From positions 30,406,309 through 30,470,308 of the forward strand of contig JARFYF010000029.1 of NCBI GenBank assembly GCA_030265395.1: a stretch of 64,000 nt of DNA, given 5' to 3'. A program made the translations under genes and the position numbers. Below, piece by piece: positions 48,621 to 61,642 of this stretch (position 1 is its first letter; each line of letters starts with the position of its first letter). The notes beneath the pieces were generated by a model. That model saw only the letters and a program-made list of their open reading frames with translations. It searched no databases and was not told the origin of the DNA. This DNA comes from Rhina ancylostomus (taxonomy: Eukaryota).

Positions 48621-51600
48621 AACAAATGATCGGTTTCGGAGGAAGACCATTACCTGAACTTACGGAAGGAAAGTAAGGTAAGTGCTCTTCTGAGAGCTTA
48701 CATTAAGTTTAATTGGAATGGTTTAGCTGGCCATGGATGCAGACGTCAGGGTGTGGTGGAGAATTAAAGCATTTTTTTTGTTGTTGCTTGTTTTGTACAT
48801 GAAAGACCTCTGCTAGGGAAGGTCAGAAGGGGTAACAAAGATCTGGCAGAAGTGACTTCAGAAGGAAGGATGAAAGCAGGGGACAGTGATTGTTTACTGA
48901 ATATCTGGTTGGGACACAAATCATCCATTATCTCATTGAATGCCAGGATGAGCTTGAATGGGGAAATACTCAACCGTTGTTCTCTTGGGATAGAAGTTTG
49001 GTGGAACTGAGTTCATTTTTACTAAGTCATGTGTTTATCACAAAATGAGTGGATGTATTTCTACCAATAAATTCTTAAAGGGTGGAGGACTCATAGGAGA
49101 AATGTTTAAGAACATGGTTTCTAGTAGAGAGAAGATTCACAATGTCCTGGAACAAATAATTTATTCACTGAAGCAAAAAACTGCAAAATTTCACTGAGAA
49201 ACAGTGAATTGCTTCACTCAATGTACTTTATTAAATAGCACCAGCTGCCAATTTGATCTTGATCTCGACTAATACATCACAGATATATAACAGAATGAAC
49301 ACAAAAATGATTTAGTATCTTATTAAATTTTAAGGAGGAATAAATTAACAGGATCATAAACAAAAAGGTATCTAATAAAATGATACATTCAAACAGTAAT
49401 GATACTAGAATGTGTGTGTGTCTTTTTTTGTGAATGNNNNNNNNNNNNNNNNNNNNNNNNNNNNNNNNNNNNNNNNNNNNNNNNNNNNNNNNNNNNNNNN
49501 NNNNNNNNNNNNNNNNNNNNNNNNNNNNNNNNNNNNNNNNNNNNNNNNNNNNNNNNNNNNNNNNNNNNNNNGTTGAGTAGTCTGGATCAATTTTGCATGG
49601 TTCACTTTTATTTTATAACCAGGCAGCTTCTATGGTCCAAATAATTGCACTGCATCAAAAGAAAGTACATGAATCTCACCTTGCAACAAACATGGAGATT
49701 CTTAAAAAAACATCTGGTCTGTTACAAGTTTTTAATGAAGTACAGATGTATCCAACAAAGAGTTAAATCTGAGACCTATAATTGTTCACCTAAACTTTCA
49801 ATCTCATTTATTAGTGTTGCTAGCCCTAACTTTTAATAATTTATTAAATACTTTTCATCATTTTATTGCCCTATTTATTTCATTCAGTTTTTTCTTCCTC
49901 AGGCAACACATTTCCTGCTGTTTAATGGCCAGGTCATGTGGCCTGCTCACAGGCAGCTCCCTTCTCATTCTTAGGTGCCAGGAAACCTGCAAAAGCAGTC
50001 TAGCAAATATTTCCCTCTTCTGTTTCCATCCCACCCATTTATAGGGTGCTACCTCGCCACTGCTTGACAAGTCCTTGCATTTATGGCTGGGGTTAAGAAT
50101 TTTTCTGAGCAGAAAATGAAGTCTTTGTTCCAGGGATCTGCCATACAGTAACCAAGATTCCTACTGCATTTCAATAAGGATTGTAAGGGTGAATTAATAT
50201 TATATAGATGATTATCTATGAACATATTAATAACGGGAAAGGATCCACCCTCTGCAATAAGAAAATAGAAAATTAGAAATGTCATAATTTGATTTTTCTT
50301 GTTTTGCTGTAATTTATAGAGGCACATTATACTTATATAAGACTTCACGAATTAGCACTATGAAGTTTCTCTTCAGATTTTGCATTTTTTCATTGATTTA
50401 CCTTCCAAATTCTTCAAGTGGTGAAACCTGGCTTTTTTTAAATTTGCTTTCAGAGTGTAGACCAATTGTAACATTAAATACATCAAGTATAGAGAGAATC
50501 AATAGCCAAGGATTGCTTGCAAAATGTCAGCAGTATTCTGAAGATCTGTCTCAGGGAGGCTGAGTTATTGTTCAGTTGGATAAAATGAACTGCACCACCA
50601 TGCACATAAGATTCCTGAAATGGATATTCTGTTGCTCAGTGACTCAATTTTTAATGCTGTCACTTTGATAATATTAAAGTGACAATGTTGGATTTTACTC
50701 CAACATTACAGCTGGCACAAGCTGCTGGTATACTCTTTCCCCAAGGGACTTGATCCACAATTCACTTAATTATTTGTGAAGTATGTCACAATATTTTCTT
50801 ACTAACTGTCTTAAATAAATTAATTCACAAACTATTGATTTTTATGCAGGATTAATTTAAACCTTTTTGGTAGTACAGATGAAATTATAATGAGAAAAAA
50901 CTTGTATCATTTAACACTAATTGTAAATAAAAATGATTTGCATTTACTTTATGCTTCGGTGTGACAGTACTGCAGTTTGATGATGTTCTGTACCTGCTAC
51001 TTGCAGTGATCAGGCCTGTGTTTCTTGACAAAGGGAGGGAAATGGTATCATAAACACATTGGAATAAATTTTTAACATCACTTCCTGGATAATAATTTTG
51101 TGAAGCAGACTTCTAGTCTATTATAAAATGTTTTGTGATTATTATTCCATTGAAAAGTTCAAATTGAAAATTGGGCAGGTTCCAAAAACCTGGGCAATCT
51201 GTTTGACCAGATTACCACCCAGAGAGTGAAGACAAAACTACACAGTTCTTTCTGAAAATGTATACAATGTCACCACAAAAAACAACAAATGAATTCTTTC
51301 TAACAGTTAGTTCCCAGTACAGATACTCCTACCAAGGAAGTTGCAAAGTGAAGACCAAAAGATAAAATAAGAGGACATGGCATTCTGTGTAATGAAACTT
51401 CTGATGGTTGCTTCAAAAATGACCATTACTAGATTTGGCCAAAGCTAGCTTGCTTGTGTCCTTGGCCAAGGACATGTGGTCCAAAGACTTCTAGAAAAAA
51501 AGGCAAGAAAATAACTTATAAGTGTGAATAAAGCAAGACCCACAGGATCTAAAATCTGTCAATGTTTTTAAATTAATATATATTCCCAATGGCCTCATTT

Positions 51601-52574
51601 TCCAGTTCACAGATTTGGTAGATGACATTAATGCTCTCCAAAATAAAACATTCCAAACTATAATTTCAATGTGAGTTACACAATTTGACTGTTATATTAA
51701 AAGAAGATTCTTTTGATAAGTCTTAAAAATGTCTACTCTGGGCCGATTGTATATTAGATAAATGTGACAGCTACAGCTAGATGAAAAATCAGGCTTTTGA
51801 AAAAGAGAGGCAATAACATCAGGCGTCATTGCAATGTTTACTTAAACAGTACTGCTGGAGAACTTAATGCTATTGCAAGCTTGACCTGCCTATCTGTTAA
51901 TTAAAGAATGTGAAGACAAATAATCACAATCAGGATGTGGGTAGCAATCTTGAAATCCACTGAAAAGGCAGGCCATTTAATTAAACTCCCCCACACAAGT
52001 GCTCTCTTCATTTGGTGAAATCATCAGACATACACTGTTTATTATGATAGTACTGGAGATGAAAAGCATATTATTACCAAATTGCTTAGCTTTAGTCTTA
52101 GAAGTGAGGAAAGTCAATACTGTGGTTTAGCATACCCAACGTTAATGCACAATCGTGTGCCTGTCAGAGTTGATATTTGTAAACCCTTCATTGCACAGTC
52201 CAAACCATCTGAAAAAGATTGAGGTGAGGATAGCCAGTGTTTGAAACACGTTGGCAAGATTACAGAGAATTTGAGAGGGCAAGTGGTTTCCATCATACTT
52301 CCCAGCCAGTTTTAGGGAAAAGAAACAAAACTGTTTCAGAAAGTTGTGGTCACTAACTGCTGATCCAGCTCTGTGCAAAGTTTTGACTTATGAAACCAAT
52401 GTTTACTGTAGTACATTTGCATTAGATAAATATCATTTAAGTATTATAACCCACATATACTTGTTAATTTAAAACTCATTCTGGATACTTGAGAATTACA
52501 TGGTGCAACAATTATGAAATTAGTCATATTGCAGGACTGTGTATATTTGTGTAAACCATTACAAACAGGTACTC

Positions 52575-52800
52575 TGATGAATGGACCACCTGTGTCCAGG
52601 AAAGTCCCAGTTTAATCAATTTTGCAATCTGAGTCAGGTCAGCACTAAAAATGGGTTTGATGAACCAGAACTAAGTGGAGGATAAAAATCAGCCATAGTT
52701 CCTGCTTCTGATCACTAGGCAGTGACCTTTGCTAAAAGGTGCACAGGTGAGGACAGAGCAAACATATTGTGATGTTTTCCTGGATAGCACTTAAGAAGTA
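52575..52800 (+). mobile_element. Old SINE-like repeat (related copy about 63525-63760)
   Basis: ggaaagtcccagttt...aaaaatcagccatagttcctgcttctgatcact...cagtgacc...ggtgaggacag resembles a recalled shark SINE family. Confidence 0.4.
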
Positions 52801-55604
52801 GCCTCAAACAATGGCCAGGAGGGCAAGGTTACTGGAAGTCTGCTATAACCTAGCATGAGGATACAGCATTAGAAAAGAATGGACACTCAAAAAAATACCT
52901 AAAACCTTACAAAGCATTAGCTGCTTTTATGCTCTTAAATTGTTAAATTGCAATATCAGCTCCCAATGCCCAAATAGAAGCAAATCCAACAATAACTTGC
53001 CAGCTTCATTGAAAACAGTGAACTGATTGAGATTTTTTCTGTGCATTTTTAGCTGCTTGCCTTAGTATATCTCATGAGCTTATATTGGTTTTGCCACCCA
53101 TTGTTAAAACATTGCAGGTGAGGAGTCAGTGTTAAATTGAAGATGCAAACAGATCATGACTTCAACTAAAGATAATTTAACCAAACTGTATCATTATTCG
53201 CTTTTTATTTCTTTAATTCTCCAGTCACTTTACAAATACATAGTAATTGAAATTGATGTCTCATTGACGTTTAACAGTGAAAAGTATACTGGTACCCAAC
53301 AGGTATTTCTAATGTGAATCCACTAACTTATTTACCCAGCAAACTTTCTTTGTTGTGATAATTGATTACAAGATGATAACTTTATCTGACTCTGAACTAT
53401 TTCCTTTTAAGCATTCGGGAGCTTGAACTGCCTGAATGTTTGAAGGTGCTGGAACTACTTCAAACAATGAGAGATTAAAGAACTTTGCTGAAAGATCTTA
53501 GCTGTGAGTGACATTTTAGGACTATGTGGTTAAGATGACAAAGTTTAAAATAACAGGTTCTTAATTTACTCAACCTTAACAAATATTGTTGAGATGAGTA
53601 AAAACTGTGAAAAAATTAGGTTCTTATCATTATATTAATATTAGTTTGTGTTAGCTTTGGTCTACTTTAGGCTTACTTTTCTGTACAAATGTTTTTACTA
53701 ATTAGATAATCAAACAATTCTGAAAGAACTAATTTGACAAGTGATTGATGCTAGTAAAGCTATTTTTGGAATAGGTTTGGCTTCAAAGAAAAGGAGGTAG
53801 TTCAGCATATCAAGAAATTACTTAATTAAATATTTCTTTGTTTGATGGATATATTTTTAAATTTTTAAAAAAGGTGGGATTTTGAATTCCAAAATCCATT
53901 GAACTTAATGGCATCCAGCAAGTACATATACAGGCATAAGTGGGACCAAAGGTTGGTCTGTATACAGACTCTTCAAATCAGATAACTTTTTTTTATAAAT
54001 CAGGATAAGGATCCTGGTTGATTACTTACCCTCCCCACCTTGAGAGAAGCATGAGCTTTTATTCTTCTAACTGCTAAACGCTGTCTTATGTAGAACAGGG
54101 ATATTACCTCAGATTTTCCTGATTTATTTGGCATTACTTCTGCTGCATGTGAAGTCAGGGACAAATATCTGATTTTTTTTCTTTAGTAAGGGTGTTTGCA
54201 CAAGTTTTATACTATCAAATTGTAAAGGTATTGGTGTACAAACTTTTCTGAGCATTAGAAGTATACCATTGCTAGGCCCTTGTTTGAGCTCAAATCACAC
54301 ACAAGGCCCAGTCTGATAGGAGCTCTTACACTGGTGGTTCCCATTACACGAGTGCATCTGCTGTAGCGGATTAGCTCTTGACTGGTAGGGCTAGGCTGGA
54401 GGATGAGCAACACAAGCTTCTAGTGGTTGAGCGAGTATTCGGGCTATGTGAGTTGGCATCTGGAGTGGGATGGTGATGGTCAGGGATCATCAAGTAAAAA
54501 GATGACAAATATACCTTAAAGAAGGACAAGCTCAGGACCATCCCAGATGGATGGACTCACTGGCAGTGGCTGCCAGGTAAGGACTGGCTCCTTTAAGCAA
54601 TGCAGATGCTGACTTAGAACCTTTGGGTAACCCCTGATCCTGCAGTCCTGTTTCATTTGGGAACCACTTATTCCAGTTATAAGATGGTAAGAGTGAAGGT
54701 GATCAGGCATTGTGACCCAGGAGCTTTGTTTGCTACACTTTGCAGAAGCATTTTATGTTCAATCATATCTATCATTTGGATTTTAGTTCTTCTTCTGTGT
54801 CATGTCTCCAGTCTAAGCTTTCTATGTAGCCTGCTCATAATATACAGATCACTGCTTCTGACATTGATCATTGCAGTGATGCAGGACATCTCAGGAAATA
54901 ATCTAATGCTTGCTTCTTCTGACAAAACATTTGGTTGCCTTGAGTCCACATAATTCAGGGCAGTTGGGTCTCTCATTCTCTTCAGCCTCCACTTTATTTT
55001 CCATTTGTAACTGGAGCCAGATGCTTATTCCTCTTCAGGTCCACTGGGTATTTCCTTTCTATACATTGTAACATACTTTGGTGATATTACTGTCAGGATA
55101 TTGGGCCATGTTATGTTGACAGGAGCCAGCCATTTCCCACAGCCTCCCCATGCCCTGTGCTTACTTGGTCCATACCCAGAGGGCTCGGCCTGTTGGCCTG
55201 AAATGTCTTAACACAAGAAACTGGGTGGCAGCAGAGCCTGAAGAAGGCCCAGACACATAATAGTATGCTCATTGTTAAAGGTGTTGGGAGTCTTTAAATT
55301 CTTAAAAACTATGAAAAATTAAGCAGATATTTAAAAAAAATAATGATAAAACACCAAAAAACAATGAATTTAAAACACTTATAAATAATTCAAAACAATA
55401 AACAAGATAAGCTATTCTCTTTATTTCGTTATGCTTTGTCCTACAATCCCCATGGAAATCAATGGGTCTGTGGATCCAAGAGCTGATTCCCCAGTGTAAA
55501 TGCTTGAGAATCTCAGTAAGATTAAACTCCATCAAGAGTCCAGTAGTCCAACAATAAAACACCTTGACATATATGGTGCCTATTGTTGCCAAATAGGTTC
55601 AAAA

Positions 55605-56000
55605 CTTACCTGGGAGGACAATTCCAACACACAGAAATGCAAGAGACTGCAGAAAGTAATGGATATAGCTCTCCCCACCATTGACAGCATCTACAGGAGA
55701 CACAGCTACCTTTCTTCAACCATCAGGTTCTTGAACCAACCTCCACAATCCTAATCTTACCTCAGCAATGGAACACTATGGACCACCTCTTGCACTACCA
55801 TGGACTTGTCTTTGTGTCTTTGTTATTTTTGCACTAATGTCTTGCTTTTGCACAGTTTTTTCAAAATATGGTATAATTTTATGTATAATTTATATTCTGT
55901 GTGCTGTCTGTACCTATGTGCCTGTGATGCTGCTGCAAGCAAGTTTTTCATTGTACTAAACTTCACCGTACTTGTGCACATGACGATAAACTTGACTTGA
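55605..56000 (+). mobile_element. Rex1/Babar-type LINE 3' end
   Basis: KRLQKVMDIA, LPTIDSIY, STIRFLN, and terminus gtgcacatgacgataaacttgacttga. Confidence 0.7.
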
Positions 56001-57844
56001 TTTATGCACTTGACTACGCATTGACAAAAGTCCATGACTGTTGTGCACTTAAACAACTAGAAACTACCAGCCATTAGCTTTAGTATGTGAGTATCCTTAA
56101 GAGTTAATTGAAATGATTAAGACTGCCATACCTGGAAACCATGTTAATGGCACTGTCTACAGATTGGTTGATTGTTTGGAATGGTTGATAGGTTTGGCCT
56201 CCTAGGACGTGACCTTAAGAAGTTGGCTGGGATATGCTACTACAAGGTATCTATAATGTATATGGATTTGATTTTAAATTCCAGCACATTGTGGATAAAA
56301 ACTTTGCACCAGCTGGTAGAATTTTTGGGCTATCTACTCTTAGCGAGGTCTGGTGACTTGATATGTGTTTATTTTGACCAGAATTTATACCCAGCATGTG
56401 TACAACCCTGGCAAGACACACTGTGATGATAGGGTTTCTAACATTTATGGACCATGAGGTGTCAAAATGTAGCATAGAACTAGAGTCACATTCAGGTTGT
56501 AAAATGGTGATGCTTCCTCCTATGAAATTTATTGGTGAATTGGCAGACATTTTACTCCAGATAGTAGCTATTGTGCCCTACTAAGGCTGGAGCTTGACTG
56601 TTTTTGGGGAGGAGTAGTCAGAACTTTATTCTGCATCTAGTTAGAAAGACAACACAGAGGACATTTGATTCTTTATAACACCTTTCATGACCATATGTTT
56701 TCCCATAGTGCTTCATACCCAATAAAGAGCTGTGATGATAGAGTTTCCTGAGCTGAGGTCAATTCCTGAACTACATGTTGGCTGCTAATAGAGGGTGCCC
56801 AAACTGGAAAGGAGTTCCATCACCAACACTATATATGAGGTTTGAGGGACCAGAATGGTAGATGTGGAAAATGTTTGACATGAAATGTGCAACATCTCTG
56901 AATTTGTCCTATCAGACTTTCCCTTGCTAGCTTGTAAATTGTTTATTTAAGAGATCTGATTAGCAGGAGTAAGCTGTTGTTTGCCACAACCCAGACTCCT
57001 AGAGTGGGTGAAGGTGGCCAAAGCTGTACTGCTCAGGGTTGGAAGATTTATTTTTTTCAAAACCAAGTCCTGTCCCTCATCAGAGAGAAGTGCTTAGCTG
57101 GAATTCAAACCATTTGCAAAGGGATTTGAAATTCAAAGTAATATCCACTAATTGGCTTCAAATACTACTCCAAAATGAAATGTGGGAAATTAAGAACAGG
57201 TGGCAATAACCACCAATCAACAAAAAGGCCAAGGGGACATTAAGCCTCACAGCTGTTGTTGGATATAATTGTGCAGTGGGATGCTCACTTACTTTCTAGT
57301 GCAAATTGGGTAGTACACCCCATTTCAAAGTACTCAACACCACTCCAGACAGGTGCCCTTTCACATCATCCGTTTTGAGCTTAAGAGCTTTTTGCATTCT
57401 CACTGTGTTTAAATTTTATTCCTCAATGGGTAGGATGAAAGTAGATCAGGAGATTTTAAATTAATCAATTAAATTCCATACTAACTTGGAATAGATATCA
57501 GACTGTTTTTCCCTATGTCGCTGTATGTTTCGTCGAACATCTTTTTTAGAAAAAGTCTGGAGGTATTTTTTTCAGAAGTCAGTATTTTATGGAGTCCATG
57601 TATTACGATTGTCAGAGGATTAACAAAATGAAATAAGTTTACTAGGTCCAAGAGTCTGGTCAATAGAAAGGAAATGTGGAAAACATGTCTAATGGATAGC
57701 CAGTTCAGTAACACCTCCTGTGCACTATTCCCTGAAGATAAAATGATCACACTAACCCCTGTCTCTGCCACTGTGTTCATTCTCCGTACGTGATATAACA
57801 GCAACATAACAATTTGTAACTGCCCTCAGGTGCTCATATTTCTT

Positions 57845-58180
57845 CACAGAAGGAGGCTATTCAGCCCCTGAACTACAAACCATGTCTCAGAACATGCCCA
57901 TTAGTTCCTTCCCTCACATCTCACTGCAGCCAATTCCGCTTCACATCCCCATCAAATACCCTCTACCCCGCGCCCACCCAATTCTCCTGACACCCACCAA
58001 CTGTAAGGTCATTTACAGTTAATTAATCCACTAGCACACCTTTGGGAAGTGGGAGGAAACAACAGCATTCTTGCCATCATGGGGAGAATGTGAAAATTTC
58101 ACATAGACAGCACAGACAAGATCAGGATTGAACCCGAGACCCTGGAGCTATGAGACAGATCCCTGCAGCTGTGCGGCATA
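57845..58180 (-). mobile_element. V-SINE/HE1-like SINE
   Basis: + strand ggctattcagccc (tail), tttgggaagtgggaggaaac, caggattgaacccgagaccctggagctatgag (B-box region). Confidence 0.8.
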
Positions 58181-60221
58181 GTTCTGCAAGGATATTCTCT
58201 TCCTGCCTTCTAAGAGAATGCAACAAAAGACACCTACATGATGCACTGTTCCATTTCTTTGATTCCATTCACATACAAGAAGACACTGGGACCCAGAGTC
58301 CTCTCCTGAATGAAAGAGATGTGGGACATGCTTATGGGAGTGAATGACCATACACTGATGCTGGCTGGTTAAATGTGACAGCCTCTGATATTTGTACTAG
58401 GCAGCATGATGTGGGATTTATCTGCATTTATGGAAATGTAATGTTGGATGACCAATGTTAATTGAGTGACTACAGTAGTACACTGTTGTGAAGATGTTTG
58501 CAAAACTAACTTTACATTAGTTTCTAGTGCAATTCTTCTTTGCTTACTGAAGAGAGGTAAAGTAAATCAAACATATGACAATTCATGTAGTGAAATAAGG
58601 CATTGTAATTGCTTTCCACAGCTGCAGTTCTTTGGGTAGAACAACCAGTTCTATGATTTAGAAGTCATGATTTATCTTCCAGCAGATAACAAAGTGGTTC
58701 AATGATCAAAAGCCTGCAAATGGGGGAAAAAAGTATTTGGAATGCTTTTGTTGCCAGCTGGACAGTTCAAATATTAAGAATACATCAGTCTTCCACCAAG
58801 CTTAAAAGGAGGCTGAAATGTTGACAGTGGCGTAATAAAAATATGAAGTGAAAATCAGATACAAGAGATGAGGGGTCGAGAAATCCATTAACTTTTAACC
58901 AAGTAAAAGGAAAGATGTGGAGGCATCACCCCTTGTTTGACAAAGAGAAACCAATTGCCTACAATTGATACCACTCTATGGTAATTCCAGTTGACTAAAG
59001 ACATAAGTCTCAATCTGATTCAGAAATAAATATGCAAAATAAAGATATGTTGTACTTGCCATTTTATAGCAGATTTACCACATTTTAATAAAAGTCTCTC
59101 ATTTTAAAAAAATGTTCTTTTTCTCCCAGCTTCCTGTCAGTATACTGTCTAGTTCTTGACTGTTTAGATTCTAGAGTGGTTAATTAGATTCCTGACTATC
59201 CAAAGTGACCCACAACCTGATTTCCCACAACACTTCAGATTAACAGTTCAGGTTCTACTTCATGAACAGATAAAATTGCCACATTATGTTAATGGTCATG
59301 ACTGCAAACAAGTTTCATTTCAAATGTAAATCACCACATACACATTAGTTTCAAGGCTAAAAGATTGGTTACTGTATACAGGTAGACATCAAGGAATCAA
59401 GGCACACACCAGTTCTCTGATATGAGCACTGAGTTCATGAATGATAATCTTCACCCATTGCCATCTTAAACACAGAAATGAGTTATATGTGAGTGAAGTC
59501 CTAGAGACAAGCAACAATGCATTCAAATAGTTTACAAATGTACTGTTGCCAAGTTTCACACCTACTATTTTACTTGGAAGGTTTTTCTTAGACTATAATC
59601 TAACAGGAAGGGAGAGATACAGTTCCACACAATGGGCTGAATGGCCTCCTTCTGCACTATAAATTTCTATGAACTATGATCTACTAATATTGTTCTAGAA
59701 TTCTTTAGTTNNNNNNNNNNNNNNNNNNGATGTGGCTAAACCATGTCATGCAACATTTAGAATTATTGCAATGAAGTGTATATATAACTTTTAATTGAGA
59801 AATAAATAACATACAGGCAAGGATAGGTCAGACACTAATTAAAGTGTTGTAAATGCTTCTTAGCAGCATCCCACAATTTTAATTAAAGGACCGTACTCTT
59901 AAATTAACAAGACAAAATAGTTGTAACTTTGGAATGCGCTCTTTAAAATAAATGGAATTATTCCAATATGGAAAAAATCTGATTGTACTGAATTAAAATG
60001 ATGTCTTCTGGACTATATCTTGCATTTATGATCCAAAAATTATATGTTTCAAAGCATGCATGATGGACATCAATCCTAATAATAAACTTTAGATTATTTC
60101 CCAATCAGCTTAAATGTGTTTGAACATCAAAGACATGGAGCTACTGACAGTTGGCCTCCACATTAGAGGTAGTTGCCAGCACAAATGCAAACAAAACAGA
60201 ATAAACTTGCTGTATGAAATG

Positions 60222-60620
60222 GAAAACTTGAAATCATGTAACTCCTTTCACAACCTCAGGGTGCCCATATGCTTTACATACAAATAAGTGATTTTTTATT
60301 TTAAAAGTCCAGACATTGTAACAATCTGAGAGGAGTGGCAGATGAGTTGTGCAATGCAATTGCCATGAGCAACAACAATGTGATAATGACCAGATTAAAT
60401 AGGTTTTATGATTTTGTTTGGGGGATTGTTTTGGGGAGATACTAAGGCAAGGCACTTTGGAATAGTGTCCTTGGATCTTCTATCTCCACCTGAGGGTGAA
60501 GAAGAGCTTTGGTTTCATGTCTCTTGAAATCTGTGACACTGCAGCACACCCTCAGCCCTGCATTAAAGTGTGTGCCTGAACGTTTGTGTTCAGGCAGTTG
60601 GCCCGTGTTAAACCTGAGTA
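60222..60620 (-). mobile_element. DeuSINE-like SINE, near full length
   Basis: cctttcacaacctcagggtgccc, caatgtgataatgaccagat, ggatcttctatctccacctgag, gcagcacaccctcagccctgca match the reverse complement of the SacSINE1-type consensus as recalled. Confidence 0.75.
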
Positions 60621-61319
60621 CTGTTTGGGTGGATGGAAGGTACATAAGTGTGGAATGCACTGATCAGCTTTGAACTATTTTAACTCTTTCCTTATGTTTA
60701 GATTCTCTTCAAAAATTTGAAGAGGAATTGGGAAATGAGTTCAGAGCACCAGTGACGACACTCCTTCAGGCTTGGAGAACCACTGATGTACCTCCTGATC
60801 TCTCAAAGAAATTACCTTCCTTTCCTGGAGTGTCTTTTTATCCTTCTCACAAGATTTAGCCTGATGACAAAACATCAATTACTTCCTCCACACAGGCCCC
60901 AGTTAATAAAGCCATTCAAAGGCTTGTGATGCCAGAGAAATCTGATCACCTTGTATAATTGAGGCTCCTANNNNNNNNNNNNNNNNNNNNNNNNNNNNNN
61001 NNNNNNNNNNNNNNNNNNNNNNNNNNNNNNNNNNNNNNNNNNNNNNNNNNNNNNNNNNNNNNNNNNNNNNATCACCTTTTATAATTGAGGCTCCTATCTG
61101 AATCTGTCAAAATCAGCAGCATAAATATTAGAGACTGGCTGGAAATGGAGCTGATCAAGTTTAGCTTCTTGCCTGCTCTGTTCCTGCCCAATTAAAACAT
61201 CCTCCAGTGTGTATTGCAAAGAGCATCTGGCTGAGAATTAGTTCAAGGCTGTAACCTATATCTGAGATTGAAATGGTCAAAACCACCTCAGTTCCTGAGA
61301 ACATCTAAGCCCTGAACTA

Positions 61320-61642
61320 TATCATGGAGTCATACAGGGCCTTCAACCCATTAAGTCTGTGCCAACCATCAAGCACCCATTTACACTAACCCATTTTATT
61401 CTCCCCACATTCCCATCAACTTCCTCCAGATCCTACCACTCATCTACATACCAGGGACAATTTATGATGGACAATTAACCGACCAACCTGGGTTGGGACC
61501 TGGAAAGAATCTGCAGCAGCCGGAGAAAACACACTTGGTCACAGAGAGAATATGCAAACTACACGGATGGTGCTGGAGGTCAGGATTGAACCTGGGATGC
61601 TGGAGCTGTGAGGCAGCAGCACTACCAGCTGCATGACTGAGC
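61320..61642 (-). mobile_element. V-SINE/HE1-like SINE
   Basis: ggtcaggattgaacctgggatgctggagctgtgaggcagcagcactacca (A/B boxes on minus) and tail gggccttcaacccattaagtctgtgcc. Confidence 0.85.

Noticed and set aside
6628-60132. TCF/LEF motifs (CTTTGAT/ATCAAAG) at e.g. 38657, 38898, 40773, 60124 as Wnt-feedback sites
   Set aside because: Scattered, with a count about what AT-rich 64 kb would give by chance. No cluster.
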